Positions 1 to 10,005 of a stretch of DNA of 64,000 bases are shown here, piece by piece. The stretch lies in the sequence record PP400785; one strand, 5' to 3'. This stretch comes from Escherichia phage FL08. The notes under the pieces were generated by a model that was given only the letters and a program-made list of their open reading frames with translations, was not told the origin of the DNA and made no database searches. The translations under genes were made by a program, and so were the position numbers. Each line of letters begins with the position of its first letter. Positions within the stretch are counted from its first letter, which is position 1.

Positions 1-615
1 GAAGTAGAAAAAAATAAAGAAGAAGCAGAAGAAAAAGCTGAGAAGAAAATCGCTGAGCAAGCTTCTAAATTCCTTGACCATCTTGCAAAAGAATGGCTCA
101 CTGAAAATAAATTAGCAGTAGATAAAGGTATCAAAGCCGAACTGTTTGAATCCATGCTTGGTGGATTGAAAGAGCTCTTCGTTGAACACAACGTTGTTGT
201 TCCAGAAGAATCAGTTGATGTTGTAGCTGAAATGGAAGAAGAACTGCAAGAACATAAAGAAGAATCAGCTCGTCTGTTCGAAGAACTCAATAAGCGTGAC
301 GCATATATCAATTATGTGCAGCGTGAAGTGGCATTGAGCGAAAGTACTAAAGATCTGACTGAGTCTCAAAAAGAAAAAGTCTCTGCTCTGGTCGAAGGTA
401 TGGATTATTCAGATGCATTCTCAAGTAAATTGAGTGCAATCGTAGAAATGGTGAAGAAATCTAATAAAGATGAAAGCACTATTACTGAGAGTATAAATAC
501 TCCTGATACTGAAGCAGCCGGGCTGAATTTCGTCACTGAAGCTGTAGAAGATAAATCTGCACAAGGTGCAGAAGATATTGTAAGTGTATATGCGAAAGTC
601 GCATCTCGTTTCTAA
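1..615 (+). CDS. 22: prohead core scaffold protein gp22, 3' portion (5' end outside window)
   Basis: Frame 1 is open from nt 1 to the stop at 613-615; Lys/Glu-rich acidic protein directly upstream of the major capsid gene, as in T4. Confidence 0.75.
   Translation, partial: EVEKNKEEAEEKAEKKIAEQASKFLDHLAKEWLTENKLAVDKGIKAELFESMLGGLKELFVEHNVVVPEESVDVVAEMEEELQEHKEESARLFEELNKRDAYINYVQREVALSESTKDLTESQKEKVSALVEGMDYSDAFSSKLSAIVEMVKKSNKDESTITESINTPDTEAAGLNFVTEAVEDKSAQGAEDIVSVYAKVASRF
492..499 (+). promoter_or_regulatory. late promoter (TATAAATA) upstream of gene 23
   Basis: Exact TATAAATA inside the gene 22 3' end, about 135 nt upstream of the gene 23 ATG. Confidence 0.55.
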
Positions 616-633
616 TTTTAAAGGTTAACACAA

Positions 634-2199
634 ATGACTATCAAAACTAAAGCTGAACTTTTGAACAAATGGAAGCCATTACTGGAAGGTGAAGGTTTAC
701 CGGAAATTGCTAATAGCAAACAAGCGATTATCGCTAAAATCTTTGAAAACCAGGAAAAAGATTTCCAGACAGCTCCGGAATATAAAGACGAAAAAATTGC
801 TCAGGCATTCGGTTCTTTCTTAACAGAAGCTGAAATCGGTGGTGACCACGGTTACAATGCTACCAACATCGCCGCAGGTCAGACTTCTGGCGCAGTAACT
901 CAGATTGGCCCAGCTGTTATGGGTATGGTACGTCGTGCTATTCCTAACCTGATTGCTTTCGATATTTGTGGTGTTCAGCCAATGAACAGCCCGACTGGCC
1001 AGGTATTCGCGCTGCGCGCAGTATATGGTAAAGATCCAATCGCTTCCGGCGCTAAAGAAGCATTCCACCCAATGTATGGTCCAGATGCAATGTTCTCTGG
1101 TCAGGGTGCTGCTAAGAAATTCGCTGCTTTGAAAGCAAGTGATACTCTTGAAGTCGGAACTATTTACACTCACTTCTTCCAGGAAACTGGTACAGTATAT
1201 CTGCAAGCTACAGCAGCTAAACAAATTGATTCAGGCGCATCTGACGCAGACAAATTAGATGCTGAAATTAAGAAACAAATGGAAGCTGGTGTACTGGTAG
1301 AAATCGCTGAAGGTATGGCTACTTCTATCGCTGAACTTCAGGAAGGTTTCAACGGTTCTACCGATAACCCATGGAATGAAATGGGCTTCCGTATCGATAA
1401 ACAAGTTATCGAAGCTAAATCTCGTCAGCTGAAAGCTGCTTACTCTATTGAATTAGCACAAGACCTTCGCGCTGTTCACGGTATGGATGCTGATGCTGAA
1501 CTGTCTGGTATTCTGGCTACCGAAATTATGCTGGAAATCAACCGCGAAGTTGTTGATTGGATTAACTACTCCGCTCAGGTTGGTAAATCTGGTATGACCC
1601 TGACTCCGGGTTCTAAAGCTGGTGTATTTGACTTCCAGGACCCAATCGATATTCGTGGTGCTCGCTGGGCAGGTGAATCCTTTAAAGCTCTGTTGTTCCA
1701 GATTGACAAAGAAGCAGTTGAAATTGCTCGTCAGACCGGTCGCGGCGAAGGTAACTTCATTATCGCTTCCCGTAACGTAGTTAACGTTCTGGCTTCAGTT
1801 GATACCGGCATTTCTTATGCTGCACAAGGTCTGGCTACTGGCTTTAACACTGATACTACCAAGTCAGTATTTGCTGGTGTTCTGGGTGGTAAATACCGTG
1901 TATATATCGACCAGTATGCTAAACAGGATTATTTCACCGTAGGTTATAAAGGTCCGAACGAAATGGATGCTGGTATTTACTATGCTCCATATGTAGCTCT
2001 GACTCCGCTGCGTGGTTCCGATCCGAAGAACTTCCAACCGGTAATGGGATTCAAAACTCGTTACGGTATCGGTATCAACCCATTTGCAGAATCCGCTGCA
2101 CAGGCTCCGGCTTCTCGCATCCAGAGCGGTATGCCTTCTATTCTGAATAGCCTTGGTAAAAACGCTTACTTTAGACGTGTATATGTTAAAGGTATCTAA
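634..2199 (+). CDS. 23: major capsid protein gp23 precursor
   Basis: 521 aa, same length as T4 gp23; N-terminal ...FLTEAE/IGGDHGYNA fits the prohead-protease L-x-E cleavage motif; ATG start. Confidence 0.95.
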   Translation: MTIKTKAELLNKWKPLLEGEGLPEIANSKQAIIAKIFENQEKDFQTAPEYKDEKIAQAFGSFLTEAEIGGDHGYNATNIAAGQTSGAVTQIGPAVMGMVRRAIPNLIAFDICGVQPMNSPTGQVFALRAVYGKDPIASGAKEAFHPMYGPDAMFSGQGAAKKFAALKASDTLEVGTIYTHFFQETGTVYLQATAAKQIDSGASDADKLDAEIKKQMEAGVLVEIAEGMATSIAELQEGFNGSTDNPWNEMGFRIDKQVIEAKSRQLKAAYSIELAQDLRAVHGMDADAELSGILATEIMLEINREVVDWINYSAQVGKSGMTLTPGSKAGVFDFQDPIDIRGARWAGESFKALLFQIDKEAVEIARQTGRGEGNFIIASRNVVNVLASVDTGISYAAQGLATGFNTDTTKSVFAGVLGGKYRVYIDQYAKQDYFTVGYKGPNEMDAGIYYAPYVALTPLRGSDPKNFQPVMGFKTRYGIGINPFAESAAQAPASRIQSGMPSILNSLGKNAYFRRVYVKGI

Positions 2200-2225
2200 T
2201 CTCTAACGATAGAAACACAATTTTA

Positions 2226-2250
2226 GGGAACCTTCGGGTTCCCTTTTTCT
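2226..2250 (+). terminator. rho-independent terminator after gene 23
   Basis: GGGAACC-UUCG-GGUUCCC hairpin followed by UUUUUCUAUUUU. Confidence 0.75.
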
Positions 2251-2920
2251 ATTTTATACGATAGCAATCAGGCATATCATCCGCATTTATCCAATTGCGA
2301 ATAGTTTTAGGACTAACTTTAAAATGCTCCGCTGCGTAATCAGGATTATCAAATTTAACGCCCTTTATACATATTGGAATAAATTTTTTAATACCGCCAA
2401 GTTTTTCAGAAATAGCTTTACGATGTGAAATCGATATAGGTTTATTTTTTCGTGGATGAACATGTGTTTTATAATATTCATTGCGCCCTTTAACTCGCTT
2501 CGCAATAGTTTCATCAGATTGCTTAACGCCTGTTTTTGCCTTTGATATTTTTCGTTTAGCTTCCACAGTCATTCCTTCTTTTGTTCGTATTGATAACATA
2601 TTACGATATGAAGGATCTTGCAAATGAACTATAACTGGATTTCCTCTGCCACCAATAGCAGCATTATAGGTATCAGTTCTCATAACGAATTCCTCATTGA
2701 CTAGTAAAGCTTCCATTTTATACATCTCCTCAGATGAGGAGAAAGAATAAAGAATTTCTTTTTTAAAGTTATGAATACCATATTTTTTGATGGACTTTTT
2801 GATGTTTACGCCAGAACCCATATAACCATCGTTTTCGTCAAGAGTAGCATGAGCTCCGATGTAAATTTTTCCATTGATGATATTAGTAATTTGATATATT
2901 AAATATTTCATTTTAAACAT
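2249..2920 (-). CDS. GIY-YIG homing endonuclease (seg-like), free-standing between genes 23 and 24
   Basis: N-terminal KYLIYQITNIINGKIYIGAH... is a GIY-YIG motif. The ORF track starts at 2950; an ATG at about 2911-2920 is more likely. Position matches T4 segD, which is an inference from gene order. Confidence 0.75.
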   Translation of the reverse strand: MFKMKYLIYQITNIINGKIYIGAHATLDENDGYMGSGVNIKKSIKKYGIHNFKKEILYSFSSSEEMYKMEALLVNEEFVMRTDTYNAAIGGRGNPVIVHLQDPSYRNMLSIRTKEGMTVEAKRKISKAKTGVKQSDETIAKRVKGRNEYYKTHVHPRKNKPISISHRKAISEKLGGIKKFIPICIKGVKFDNPDYAAEHFKVSPKTIRNWINADDMPDCYRIK

Positions 2921-2975
2921 CACTCCGTTTGTATATGAATATAATATCATATTACTTTGGTCTTGTAAATAACTT

Positions 2976-2983
2976 TATAAATA
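2976..2983 (+). promoter_or_regulatory. late promoter (TATAAATA) for gene 24
   Basis: Exact TATAAATA 28 nt upstream of the gene 24 ATG. Confidence 0.7.
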
Positions 2984-3010
2984 GTATTATATTTCAACAA
3001 GGAAAATACA

Positions 3011-4294
3011 ATGGCTAAAATCAACGAACTTCTGCGCGAATCAACCACAACGAATAGCAACTCAATCGGTCGCCCAAATCTCGTTGCTTTGACTCGCGCT
3101 ACCACTAAATTAATATATTCTGACATTGTAGCAACGCAAAGAACTAATCAACCTGTTGCTGCTTTTTATGGTATCAAATACCTTAACCCGGATAACGAAT
3201 TTACATTTAAAACTGGTGCTACTTACGCCGGCGAAGCTGGATATGTAGACCGAGAACAAATCACAGAATTAACAGAAGAGTCTAAATTAACTCTCAATAA
3301 GGGCGATTTATTCAAATATAATAATATCGTTTATAAAGTATTAGAAGATACACCATTTGCTGATATTGAAGAAAGCGATTTAGAATTAGCTCTTCAGATT
3401 GCAATTGTTCTTTTAAAGGTTCGTCTATTTTCTGACGCAGCGTCAACAAGCAAATTTGAAAGCTCTGATAGTGAAATTGCGGATGCTAGATTCCAGATTA
3501 ATAAATGGCAAACCGCAGTTAAATCTCGTAAACTTAAAACTGGTATCACAGTTGAATTAGCACAAGATTTAGAAGCAAATGGATTCGATGCTCCTAATTT
3601 CTTGGAAGATTTGCTTGCAACTGAAATGGCAGATGAAATCAATAAAGATATTCTGCAGTCTTTGATTACAGTGTCAAAACGCTATAAAGTTACAGGAATT
3701 ACTGATACTGGATTCATCGATTTGAGTTATGCATCTGCACCTGAAGCTGGTCGTTCATTATACCGAATGGTATGTGAAATGGTTTCGCATATCCAAAAAG
3801 AATCAACTTATACAGCAACGTTCTGTGTTGCTTCAGCTCGTGCTGCTGCGATTCTTGCTGCATCAGGTTGGTTAAAACATAAACCAGAAGATGATAAATA
3901 TCTTTCACAAAATGCCTATGGGTTCTTAGCTAATGGTTTACCGCTTTATTGCGATACTAACAGCCCATTAGATTATGTAATCGTTGGTGTAGTAGAAAAT
4001 ATCGGTGAAAAAGAAATTGTTGGATCAATTTTCTATGCTCCGTATACAGAAGGTCTTGACTTAGATGACCCTGAACATGTAGGTGCATTTAAAGTTGTTG
4101 TTGATCCAGAAAGCTTACAACCATCTATCGGTTTATTAGTTAGATATGCTTTATCAGCAAATCCTTATACCGTAGCAAAAGATGAAAAAGAAGCAAGAAT
4201 CATTGATGGTGGAGACATGGATAAAATGGCGGGTCGTTCAGATTTGTCTGTTTTATTAGGTGTTAAGCTACCAAAAATTATCATTGATGAATAA
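3011..4294 (+). CDS. 24: capsid vertex protein gp24 precursor
   Basis: 427 aa as in T4 gp24; N-terminal ...ELLRE/STT protease-site motif; TATAAATA late promoter 28 nt upstream. Confidence 0.93.
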   Translation: MAKINELLRESTTTNSNSIGRPNLVALTRATTKLIYSDIVATQRTNQPVAAFYGIKYLNPDNEFTFKTGATYAGEAGYVDREQITELTEESKLTLNKGDLFKYNNIVYKVLEDTPFADIEESDLELALQIAIVLLKVRLFSDAASTSKFESSDSEIADARFQINKWQTAVKSRKLKTGITVELAQDLEANGFDAPNFLEDLLATEMADEINKDILQSLITVSKRYKVTGITDTGFIDLSYASAPEAGRSLYRMVCEMVSHIQKESTYTATFCVASARAAAILAASGWLKHKPEDDKYLSQNAYGFLANGLPLYCDTNSPLDYVIVGVVENIGEKEIVGSIFYAPYTEGLDLDDPEHVGAFKVVVDPESLQPSIGLLVRYALSANPYTVAKDEKEARIIDGGDMDKMAGRSDLSVLLGVKLPKIIIDE

Positions 4295-4297
4295 AAC

Positions 4298-4322
4298 AAA
4301 GGGACCTTTCGGTCCCTTTTTA
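4298..4322. terminator. bidirectional terminator between gene 24 (+) and rnlB (-)
   Basis: aaaGGGACCtttcGGTCCCttttta: hairpin flanked by A-tract and T-tract. Confidence 0.7.
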
Positions 4323-4323
4323 T

Positions 4324-5328
4324 TTAGCTCACCAACTCAATCCAAGCTGGACGAAGTACATCTTGTACCATTTTAACTAATTCCTTTTTAATCAAAGAAG
4401 GATTATCTGCTTGAGTTAGAGTAATACCTTCACGAGAAGTTTCTTCCAAAATATCTTGAACAGTTAGCCCCATCACCTTTCCAAAATCCTTTGGACCAAT
4501 TTCGCCAATTTTAGAAATAACGTTATTTACTCGGTTCAGTGTAACGTAACAAGCTAAAATTCCCACCAATTTGTTATCAGCTTCTGATAATTCAACTTTA
4601 GCTTTAATAGGCTTATCAGACTTTTTCTTTTCACTAAATTTGGAATTCTTGCATTTAATTGCTACACGATTTCCATTACGAAGCCAAGAAGGATAACAAG
4701 GTTTCAATACATATCCTTCAGCGGTAAATACTTCGCCTTTTGCTTCGGCATTCCAAATGCATTTATTTGCATCAACTAATCCGGCATGGTCTACTGTAAA
4801 ATTATAATCTTGGACGACAGAATCTAAATCATTTGGCAATTTAATAAGCTCTTCAAATTTACCACGACCTAAAAGTGGAGCCATTTTAAATTTAAATGTA
4901 TTACAGAATGATTCCATCATATAATCGTCGACATAAGTCACATCACCACTTTCTGTAGTGACAATAATGTCAAATACATAAAAATCTTTATCGCCATAAT
5001 CAACATTCTTCTGAATGCCAGGTCCAGCGAATTCGCCAAAGACTTGATAAGATACAACCGCTGAGGTTTCCATAATATCTTGTACTGCTTTAATGGAATC
5101 AGCGTAATTCTTTAGAATAATTTCATACCCAAAGAAATCTTCAGCGGGAAGAATCGGTCCAGTACGTTTAGCGCAAGTTACTTTATCACGCTCAATAATC
5201 AATGAGAAATTTGTACCGTGAATCTTTTCACGAGCTACCCACTCCCCACCAGTCAATCCCAAGCTATAAAGTTTTTCAATAAATTTAGAGTTGTAATGAT
5301 TTTCAAGACTGCTATACTTTTTAAACAT
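4324..5328 (-). CDS. rnlB: RNA ligase 2
   Basis: 334 aa as in T4 Rnl2; nucleotidyltransferase lysine motif KIHGTN near the N-terminus; position between 24 and hoc. Confidence 0.85.
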   Translation of the reverse strand: MFKKYSSLENHYNSKFIEKLYSLGLTGGEWVAREKIHGTNFSLIIERDKVTCAKRTGPILPAEDFFGYEIILKNYADSIKAVQDIMETSAVVSYQVFGEFAGPGIQKNVDYGDKDFYVFDIIVTTESGDVTYVDDYMMESFCNTFKFKMAPLLGRGKFEELIKLPNDLDSVVQDYNFTVDHAGLVDANKCIWNAEAKGEVFTAEGYVLKPCYPSWLRNGNRVAIKCKNSKFSEKKKSDKPIKAKVELSEADNKLVGILACYVTLNRVNNVISKIGEIGPKDFGKVMGLTVQDILEETSREGITLTQADNPSLIKKELVKMVQDVLRPAWIELVS

Positions 5329-5337
5329 AATTAATCC

Positions 5338-5616
5338 TCAAAATGTAATTTCTAACCAATCACCATCACGCTGATCACTATTGACTTTAAAGCTGAATCC
5401 TTCTTTTCTCAGCCAATCACCAATTTCTTCAGTAATCAATTTATCACGAGCAATACAATAATAATTAAAATGTGTTTTACCTTGTTCAGCTGCTTTATTA
5501 GCAAGTTCCGAAAAATCTTTAATAAAACACTCTAGCTTAAACTGTTTACTTTTAAGTGCTTTTTCGCGTAATTGATTAGCAAAAGATTCATTTTCATAAA
5601 GATCATACTGTTCCAT
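5338..5616 (-). CDS. hypothetical protein (24.2-like position)
   Basis: 92-aa ORF with ATG start, tightly packed between rnlB and the next ORF. Confidence 0.55.
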   Translation of the reverse strand: MEQYDLYENESFANQLREKALKSKQFKLECFIKDFSELANKAAEQGKTHFNYYCIARDKLITEEIGDWLRKEGFSFKVNSDQRDGDWLEITF

Positions 5617-5818
5617 TTTTCACCTTTTTATTGATATGTCTTTTTCTATAGACAACTTTTTCTCGAGTTTCAAACTTATTCTTAGCAGTCATAGCTCGAG
5701 CCCATAATACAGCCACTTCTTTCGCCTGTAAGTTTAATTCACGAGCAATTTCAATGAATGACTTTCCAGACTCATGAAGAGTAAACACCACAACCTCAGT
5801 TCTCATAATCAATCTCAT
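5603..5818 (-). CDS. hypothetical protein (24.3-like position)
   Basis: 71-aa ORF, ATG start, overlaps the downstream ORF by 14 nt. Confidence 0.5.
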   Translation of the reverse strand: MRLIMRTEVVVFTLHESGKSFIEIARELNLQAKEVAVLWARAMTAKNKFETREKVVYRKRHINKKVKNGTV

Positions 5819-5879
5819 GTTATCGAGTTGGTGCCATTATATACATCATTTTCTGAGTGTGTTTTGTGTGCTTTCAAAA

Positions 5880-5902
5880 TGAAGAAAGGGGGCCGAAGCC
5901 CC
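5880..5902 (-). terminator. terminator-like hairpin after hoc
   Basis: GGGGGCC-GAAG-CCCC on +, giving a UUCG-type loop on -, followed on the - strand by UUUCUUC. Confidence 0.5.
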
Positions 5903-5908
5903 TTATGA

Positions 5909-7039
5909 TTATGGATAGGTATAGATAATACCAGTTTCTAAAGCAGTTTTATGAATGATGTATCCATTACGTGATTCTTGGACATCAACTTCTGGATAGT
6001 CTTTCATCATCTTCTGAAGAGTGTAACGATGCAGGTAGTATTTACTATCTGGATCTTCAGTTTTCCAATCTTTACCTTCTTCAGTCATTTTTTGGATTTC
6101 ATCCATGACCCACCAACCGCACCAGATGTAAGCTGAGCTACGGTGTGGAAGAGGATGAACATAAGGTAATTCACCTTCTGGTTCTGGAGCAACTTTATCA
6201 GTCACTTGAACTTGACCTTCTGCCGTAATAGTTTTGCTATCATAATCAGCAGCAGTAACAGTCGCAGTAACTTCAATAGTTTGACTTCCAATAGATGAGG
6301 TATCAACGGTATATACATTAGTTGACCCTTCTACAGGAGAAGAATCTTTCTTCCATGAATACTCAATTTGCGCTTCTTCTGGAGCATCAGTAACATTAGC
6401 AGTAAATGTAGCCGAAGCATCTTGTTGAACGTTAATAGAAGGAGGAGTCAATGTAACCTGTGGATTCATTGTCTTCTTATTAACTGTTAATGATACTTCA
6501 TTAGAAGTAACTTCCTTTTCATTGTAATTTTCAGCAGTTACTTGGGCTACGCATTTAATTCTTTTTACTCCACTTGTAGTTGGAGTATAGCTAAATGTAG
6601 AGTTAGTTTCTCCACCAACTTGTGAATCATCTACATACCACTGATACGTAGCAGATGCACCTGGTGGCTGCGAAGCTAAAGCGGCAGTAAATTCAATAGC
6701 TGTTCCGATTACTCCAGCGTCAGGGCTATTAGGAGTTACAGCTAAGGTGGTCGTTTGTGTCTTATTTTGAACTGTGATAGTTGTAGTAGCTTCTGCTGTT
6801 TCAGCTTCAGCTTCTGGAACTGTATTTGTTGCAACTACTTTAATAGTCTTTTGACCGGCAGGTCCTTTTAATACATAACTAAAAGTTGCTTCAGCTCCAT
6901 CTTGTGGAACATCATCTACAGTCCAAGCATAGGTAATAGGTCCATCTCCAGTTTGACCACTGGGTGTAGCAGTAAACTGCTGAGTCTGATCTATAACTCC
7001 AGTAGGTGTTTTAGGAGTTATATCAACTGTAAAAGCCAT
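5909..7039 (-). CDS. hoc: highly immunogenic outer capsid protein Hoc
   Basis: 376 aa as in T4 Hoc; repeated Thr/Val-rich beta-type segments consistent with tandem Ig-like domains; ATG start. Confidence 0.85.
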   Translation of the reverse strand: MAFTVDITPKTPTGVIDQTQQFTATPSGQTGDGPITYAWTVDDVPQDGAEATFSYVLKGPAGQKTIKVVATNTVPEAEAETAEATTTITVQNKTQTTTLAVTPNSPDAGVIGTAIEFTAALASQPPGASATYQWYVDDSQVGGETNSTFSYTPTTSGVKRIKCVAQVTAENYNEKEVTSNEVSLTVNKKTMNPQVTLTPPSINVQQDASATFTANVTDAPEEAQIEYSWKKDSSPVEGSTNVYTVDTSSIGSQTIEVTATVTAADYDSKTITAEGQVQVTDKVAPEPEGELPYVHPLPHRSSAYIWCGWWVMDEIQKMTEEGKDWKTEDPDSKYYLHRYTLQKMMKDYPEVDVQESRNGYIIHKTALETGIIYTYP

Positions 7040-7048
7040 AAGTTATCC

Positions 7049-7729
7049 TTATTTTAATGTTACGAAAGAAGAATTGCGTGTTTCACGAATTAAAACTGAT
7101 CCGTCGCGGTTAATGTAATAAATTAAGCTAAATAAAGTTTGGTGTGCTGACGCATGTTCAAAACTAGTTGGGTGAGATTTCCAATCCGGAGTTTCAGCAA
7201 TCCATTGATAAATCCACCAAGGAACAGTACAGAATCCTGGATTTTTTCCAATCAGCTGAAGATTCGGACTAAAGTTTTCCGGAAGAGTAAATACAGACGG
7301 CTTTTCAGATTCAACAATCTCAGCTACAGCCTGTTCGAATTTTTCTTCAACAAAAGGAGTATCTTCAATCAAAACTGAGGTATTTTCAGGAATTTTATCC
7401 GTTTCTACTACTTCAATTTTAATGTCAGATTTAACCGGAGAATCAATCAGAAGTGCTGCTTCTGGATTGACTTCTTCATCGTCATATTTTAATCCCTCTG
7501 CGGCATCAGCAGCATCAATTAGGTCTTTAATAGATAACCCATCAGTCTCTGGCATAGGTTCACTAGCGAGCTTCTGGAGGGCTTCTTCAATATCAACAAC
7601 GATATTATCAAAAGATTTATTCTTTTTGACCTTTATACCAAACTGTTCAGCATATTCAGCTAATTTAGCTTTAGCTTCTTTGTTATCATCAAGAGCCTTC
7701 AGCTCTGCAATATAATCTTTATCTATCAT
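7049..7729 (-). CDS. inh: Inh, inhibitor of prohead protease
   Basis: 226 aa, adjacent to hoc as in T4; acidic protein; ATG start. Confidence 0.7.
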   Translation of the reverse strand: MIDKDYIAELKALDDNKEAKAKLAEYAEQFGIKVKKNKSFDNIVVDIEEALQKLASEPMPETDGLSIKDLIDAADAAEGLKYDDEEVNPEAALLIDSPVKSDIKIEVVETDKIPENTSVLIEDTPFVEEKFEQAVAEIVESEKPSVFTLPENFSPNLQLIGKNPGFCTVPWWIYQWIAETPDWKSHPTSFEHASAHQTLFSLIYYINRDGSVLIRETRNSSFVTLK

Positions 7730-7742
7730 AATATTTCCTCAG

Positions 7743-7750
7743 TATAAATA
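7743..7750 (+). promoter_or_regulatory. late promoter (TATAAATA) for uvsW
   Basis: Exact TATAAATA 30 nt upstream of the uvsW ATG. Confidence 0.7.
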
Positions 7751-7779
7751 TAGATATATTTATTACATGGTATTTAGAC

Positions 7780-9291
7780 ATGACTGACATTAAAGTACAT
7801 TTTTATGATTTTAGTCACGTGAGAATTGACTGTGAAGAAAGTACATTTCATGAACTCCGTGATTTCTTTAGCTTTGAAGCTGATGGGTATCGTTTTAATC
7901 CGAAATACAAATATGGCCACTGGGATGGACGAATCCGTCTTTTAGATTATAATCGTCTTCTTCCATTCGGCTTAGTCGGGCAAATTAAAAAGTTCTGTGA
8001 TAACTTTGGCTATAAAGCCTGGATTGACCCACAAATTAACGAAAAAGAAGAATTATCAAGAAAAGATTTTGATGAATGGCTTTCTAAATTAGAAATCTAT
8101 TCAGGAAATAAAAGAATTGAACCACACTGGTATCAAAAAGATGCAGTGTTCGAAGGATTAGTTAATCGTCGTAGAATTCTTAATCTTCCAACATCTGCAG
8201 GTAAATCTTTAATTCAAGCTTTGCTTGCGCGATATTATTTGGAAAATTATGAAGGTAAAATTCTTATCATTGTTCCAACAACTGCTTTAACAACTCAGAT
8301 GGCTGATGACTTCGTTGACTATCGTTTATTCAGTCATGCAATGATAAAGAAAATAGGTGGAGGAGCATCAAAAGATGATAAATATAAAAATGATGCACCA
8401 GTCGTTGTTGGTACATGGCAAACTGTAGTAAAACAACCGAAAGAATGGTTCTCACAGTTTGGAATGATGATGAATGATGAATGCCATCTTGCTACAGGAA
8501 AAAGTATTTCATCCATCATATCAGGTTTAAATAACTGCATGTTCAAATTCGGTTTGTCTGGTTCATTACGTGATGGCAAAGCTAATATCATGCAGTATGT
8601 TGGGATGTTTGGTGAAATATTTAAACCAGTAACGACTTCTAAATTAATGGAAGATGGACAAGTAACTGAGTTAAAAATTAATAGTATTTTTCTTCGCTAT
8701 CCCGATGAGTTCACTACTAAATTAAAGGGAAAAACTTACCAAGAAGAAATAAAAATTATTACTGGGCTCAGTAAAAGAAATAAATGGATCGCTAAATTAG
8801 CTATTAAGCTTGCGCAAAAAGATGAAAACGCTTTTGTCATGTTTAAACATGTATCGCATGGTAAAGCTATTTTTGATTTAATTAAAAATGAATACGATAA
8901 AGTTTATTACGTATCAGGGGAAGTTGATACCGAAACCCGCAATATAATGAAAACCTTAGCTGAAAATGGTAAAGGAATAATTATAGTAGCGAGTTATGGT
9001 GTATTTTCTACTGGTATTTCAGTTAAAAATCTGCATCATGTTGTTTTAGCGCACGGCGTTAAATCAAAAATCATTGTATTACAAACAATCGGTCGTGTAT
9101 TACGTAAGCATGGTTCTAAAACAATCGCAACGGTCTGGGACCTCATAGATGACGCGGGCGTAGTTTCTAAATCAAAAACATCTTCTAAAAAATACTCGCA
9201 TTTAAACTATCTTTTAAAACATGGACTTGATCGTATTCAGCGTTATGCTGATGAAAAGTTTAATTATGTGATGAAAGAGGTTAAACTTTGA
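7780..9291 (+). CDS. uvsW: UvsW ATP-dependent DNA/RNA helicase
   Basis: 503 aa; Walker A PTSAGKS and DECH box; late promoter 29 nt upstream; ATG start. Confidence 0.93.
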   Translation: MTDIKVHFYDFSHVRIDCEESTFHELRDFFSFEADGYRFNPKYKYGHWDGRIRLLDYNRLLPFGLVGQIKKFCDNFGYKAWIDPQINEKEELSRKDFDEWLSKLEIYSGNKRIEPHWYQKDAVFEGLVNRRRILNLPTSAGKSLIQALLARYYLENYEGKILIIVPTTALTTQMADDFVDYRLFSHAMIKKIGGGASKDDKYKNDAPVVVGTWQTVVKQPKEWFSQFGMMMNDECHLATGKSISSIISGLNNCMFKFGLSGSLRDGKANIMQYVGMFGEIFKPVTTSKLMEDGQVTELKINSIFLRYPDEFTTKLKGKTYQEEIKIITGLSKRNKWIAKLAIKLAQKDENAFVMFKHVSHGKAIFDLIKNEYDKVYYVSGEVDTETRNIMKTLAENGKGIIIVASYGVFSTGISVKNLHHVVLAHGVKSKIIVLQTIGRVLRKHGSKTIATVWDLIDDAGVVSKSKTSSKKYSHLNYLLKHGLDRIQRYADEKFNYVMKEVKL

Positions 9292-9980
9292 ATTATAAAT
9301 TAATATATGATAATTTAATTAATAGAGCCCAGAATCGGGCTCGCCTTAATGGATACACTGAAACACATCATATAATTCCTAGATGTATGGGTGGTACAAA
9401 TGATAAGTGTAATTTAGTAGAACTAACGGCTGAAGAACATTTTATAGCCCATAAACTTTTAGCTAAAATTCATCCAAACCATTACGGTATAATTAAAGCT
9501 GTTATATGTATGGGGATGAATTCAAATACTCATGAAAGACACGTCAATAAATCTTACGCATGGGAACGTCGTAAAATGGCAGAACTTCAATCCGGCGAAG
9601 GTAATCCATTTTACGGAAAACACCATACGGAAGAACATAAACAATATATGTCAAAACTCATGAAAAGTCGTCCAATTACATGGGGAAATAAAATTAGTAA
9701 AACTAAAAGAATGAACCCAACGAAATGGACTGAAGAAGCTAAAAGATTACATTCAATCAATCAATCGGGTAAAAATAACGGCATGTATGGAAGGAAACAT
9801 TCCGCTAAATCTATTCAGAAAATTAAAGATAACATGCCAGATAATTCAGGAGCTAATAACCCAGCTGCTAAACCTATAGAAGTAAATGGTGTTAAGTATA
9901 AATGTATGAAAGATGCTTCTAAAGCTACTGGATTATCAATGTACAAACTAAGAATACTTAGAAAAACAGTTAATTTATAA
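9288..9980 (+). CDS. HNH-family homing endonuclease (mob-like), TTG start overlapping the uvsW stop
   Basis: The first 60 aa (NYKLIYDNLINRAQNRARLNGYTETHHIIPRCMGG...ELTAEEHFIAHKLL) are clearly homologous to the HNH ORF at 36938..37579. The first in-frame ATG is only at codon 33, so the TTG at 9288 with AAGAGG 6 nt upstream is the likely start. Confidence 0.7.
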   Translation: MNYKLIYDNLINRAQNRARLNGYTETHHIIPRCMGGTNDKCNLVELTAEEHFIAHKLLAKIHPNHYGIIKAVICMGMNSNTHERHVNKSYAWERRKMAELQSGEGNPFYGKHHTEEHKQYMSKLMKSRPITWGNKISKTKRMNPTKWTEEAKRLHSINQSGKNNGMYGRKHSAKSIQKIKDNMPDNSGANNPAAKPIEVNGVKYKCMKDASKATGLSMYKLRILRKTVNL

Positions 9981-9996
9981 GGGCTTCGGCCCTTTG
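9981..9996 (+). terminator. UUCG-loop hairpin between the HNH gene and uvsW.1
   Basis: GGGC-UUCG-GCCC then UUUGG; short U-tract, so it may be an attenuator or processing/stability hairpin rather than a full terminator. Confidence 0.45.
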
Positions 9997-10005
9997 GAGA
10001 AAAAG

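Noticed and set aside
820-1224. 134-aa ORF on the - strand inside gene 23
   Set aside because: Lies entirely antisense within the major capsid gene, is Cys/Ser-rich and low complexity, and has no SD or promoter; typical spurious antisense frame.
5819-5880. Early or middle promoter in the 24.3-hoc spacer
   Set aside because: A TATAAT-like -10 is present on the - strand but I could not find a convincing GTTTAC -35 or MotA box at the right spacing, so no promoter is called.
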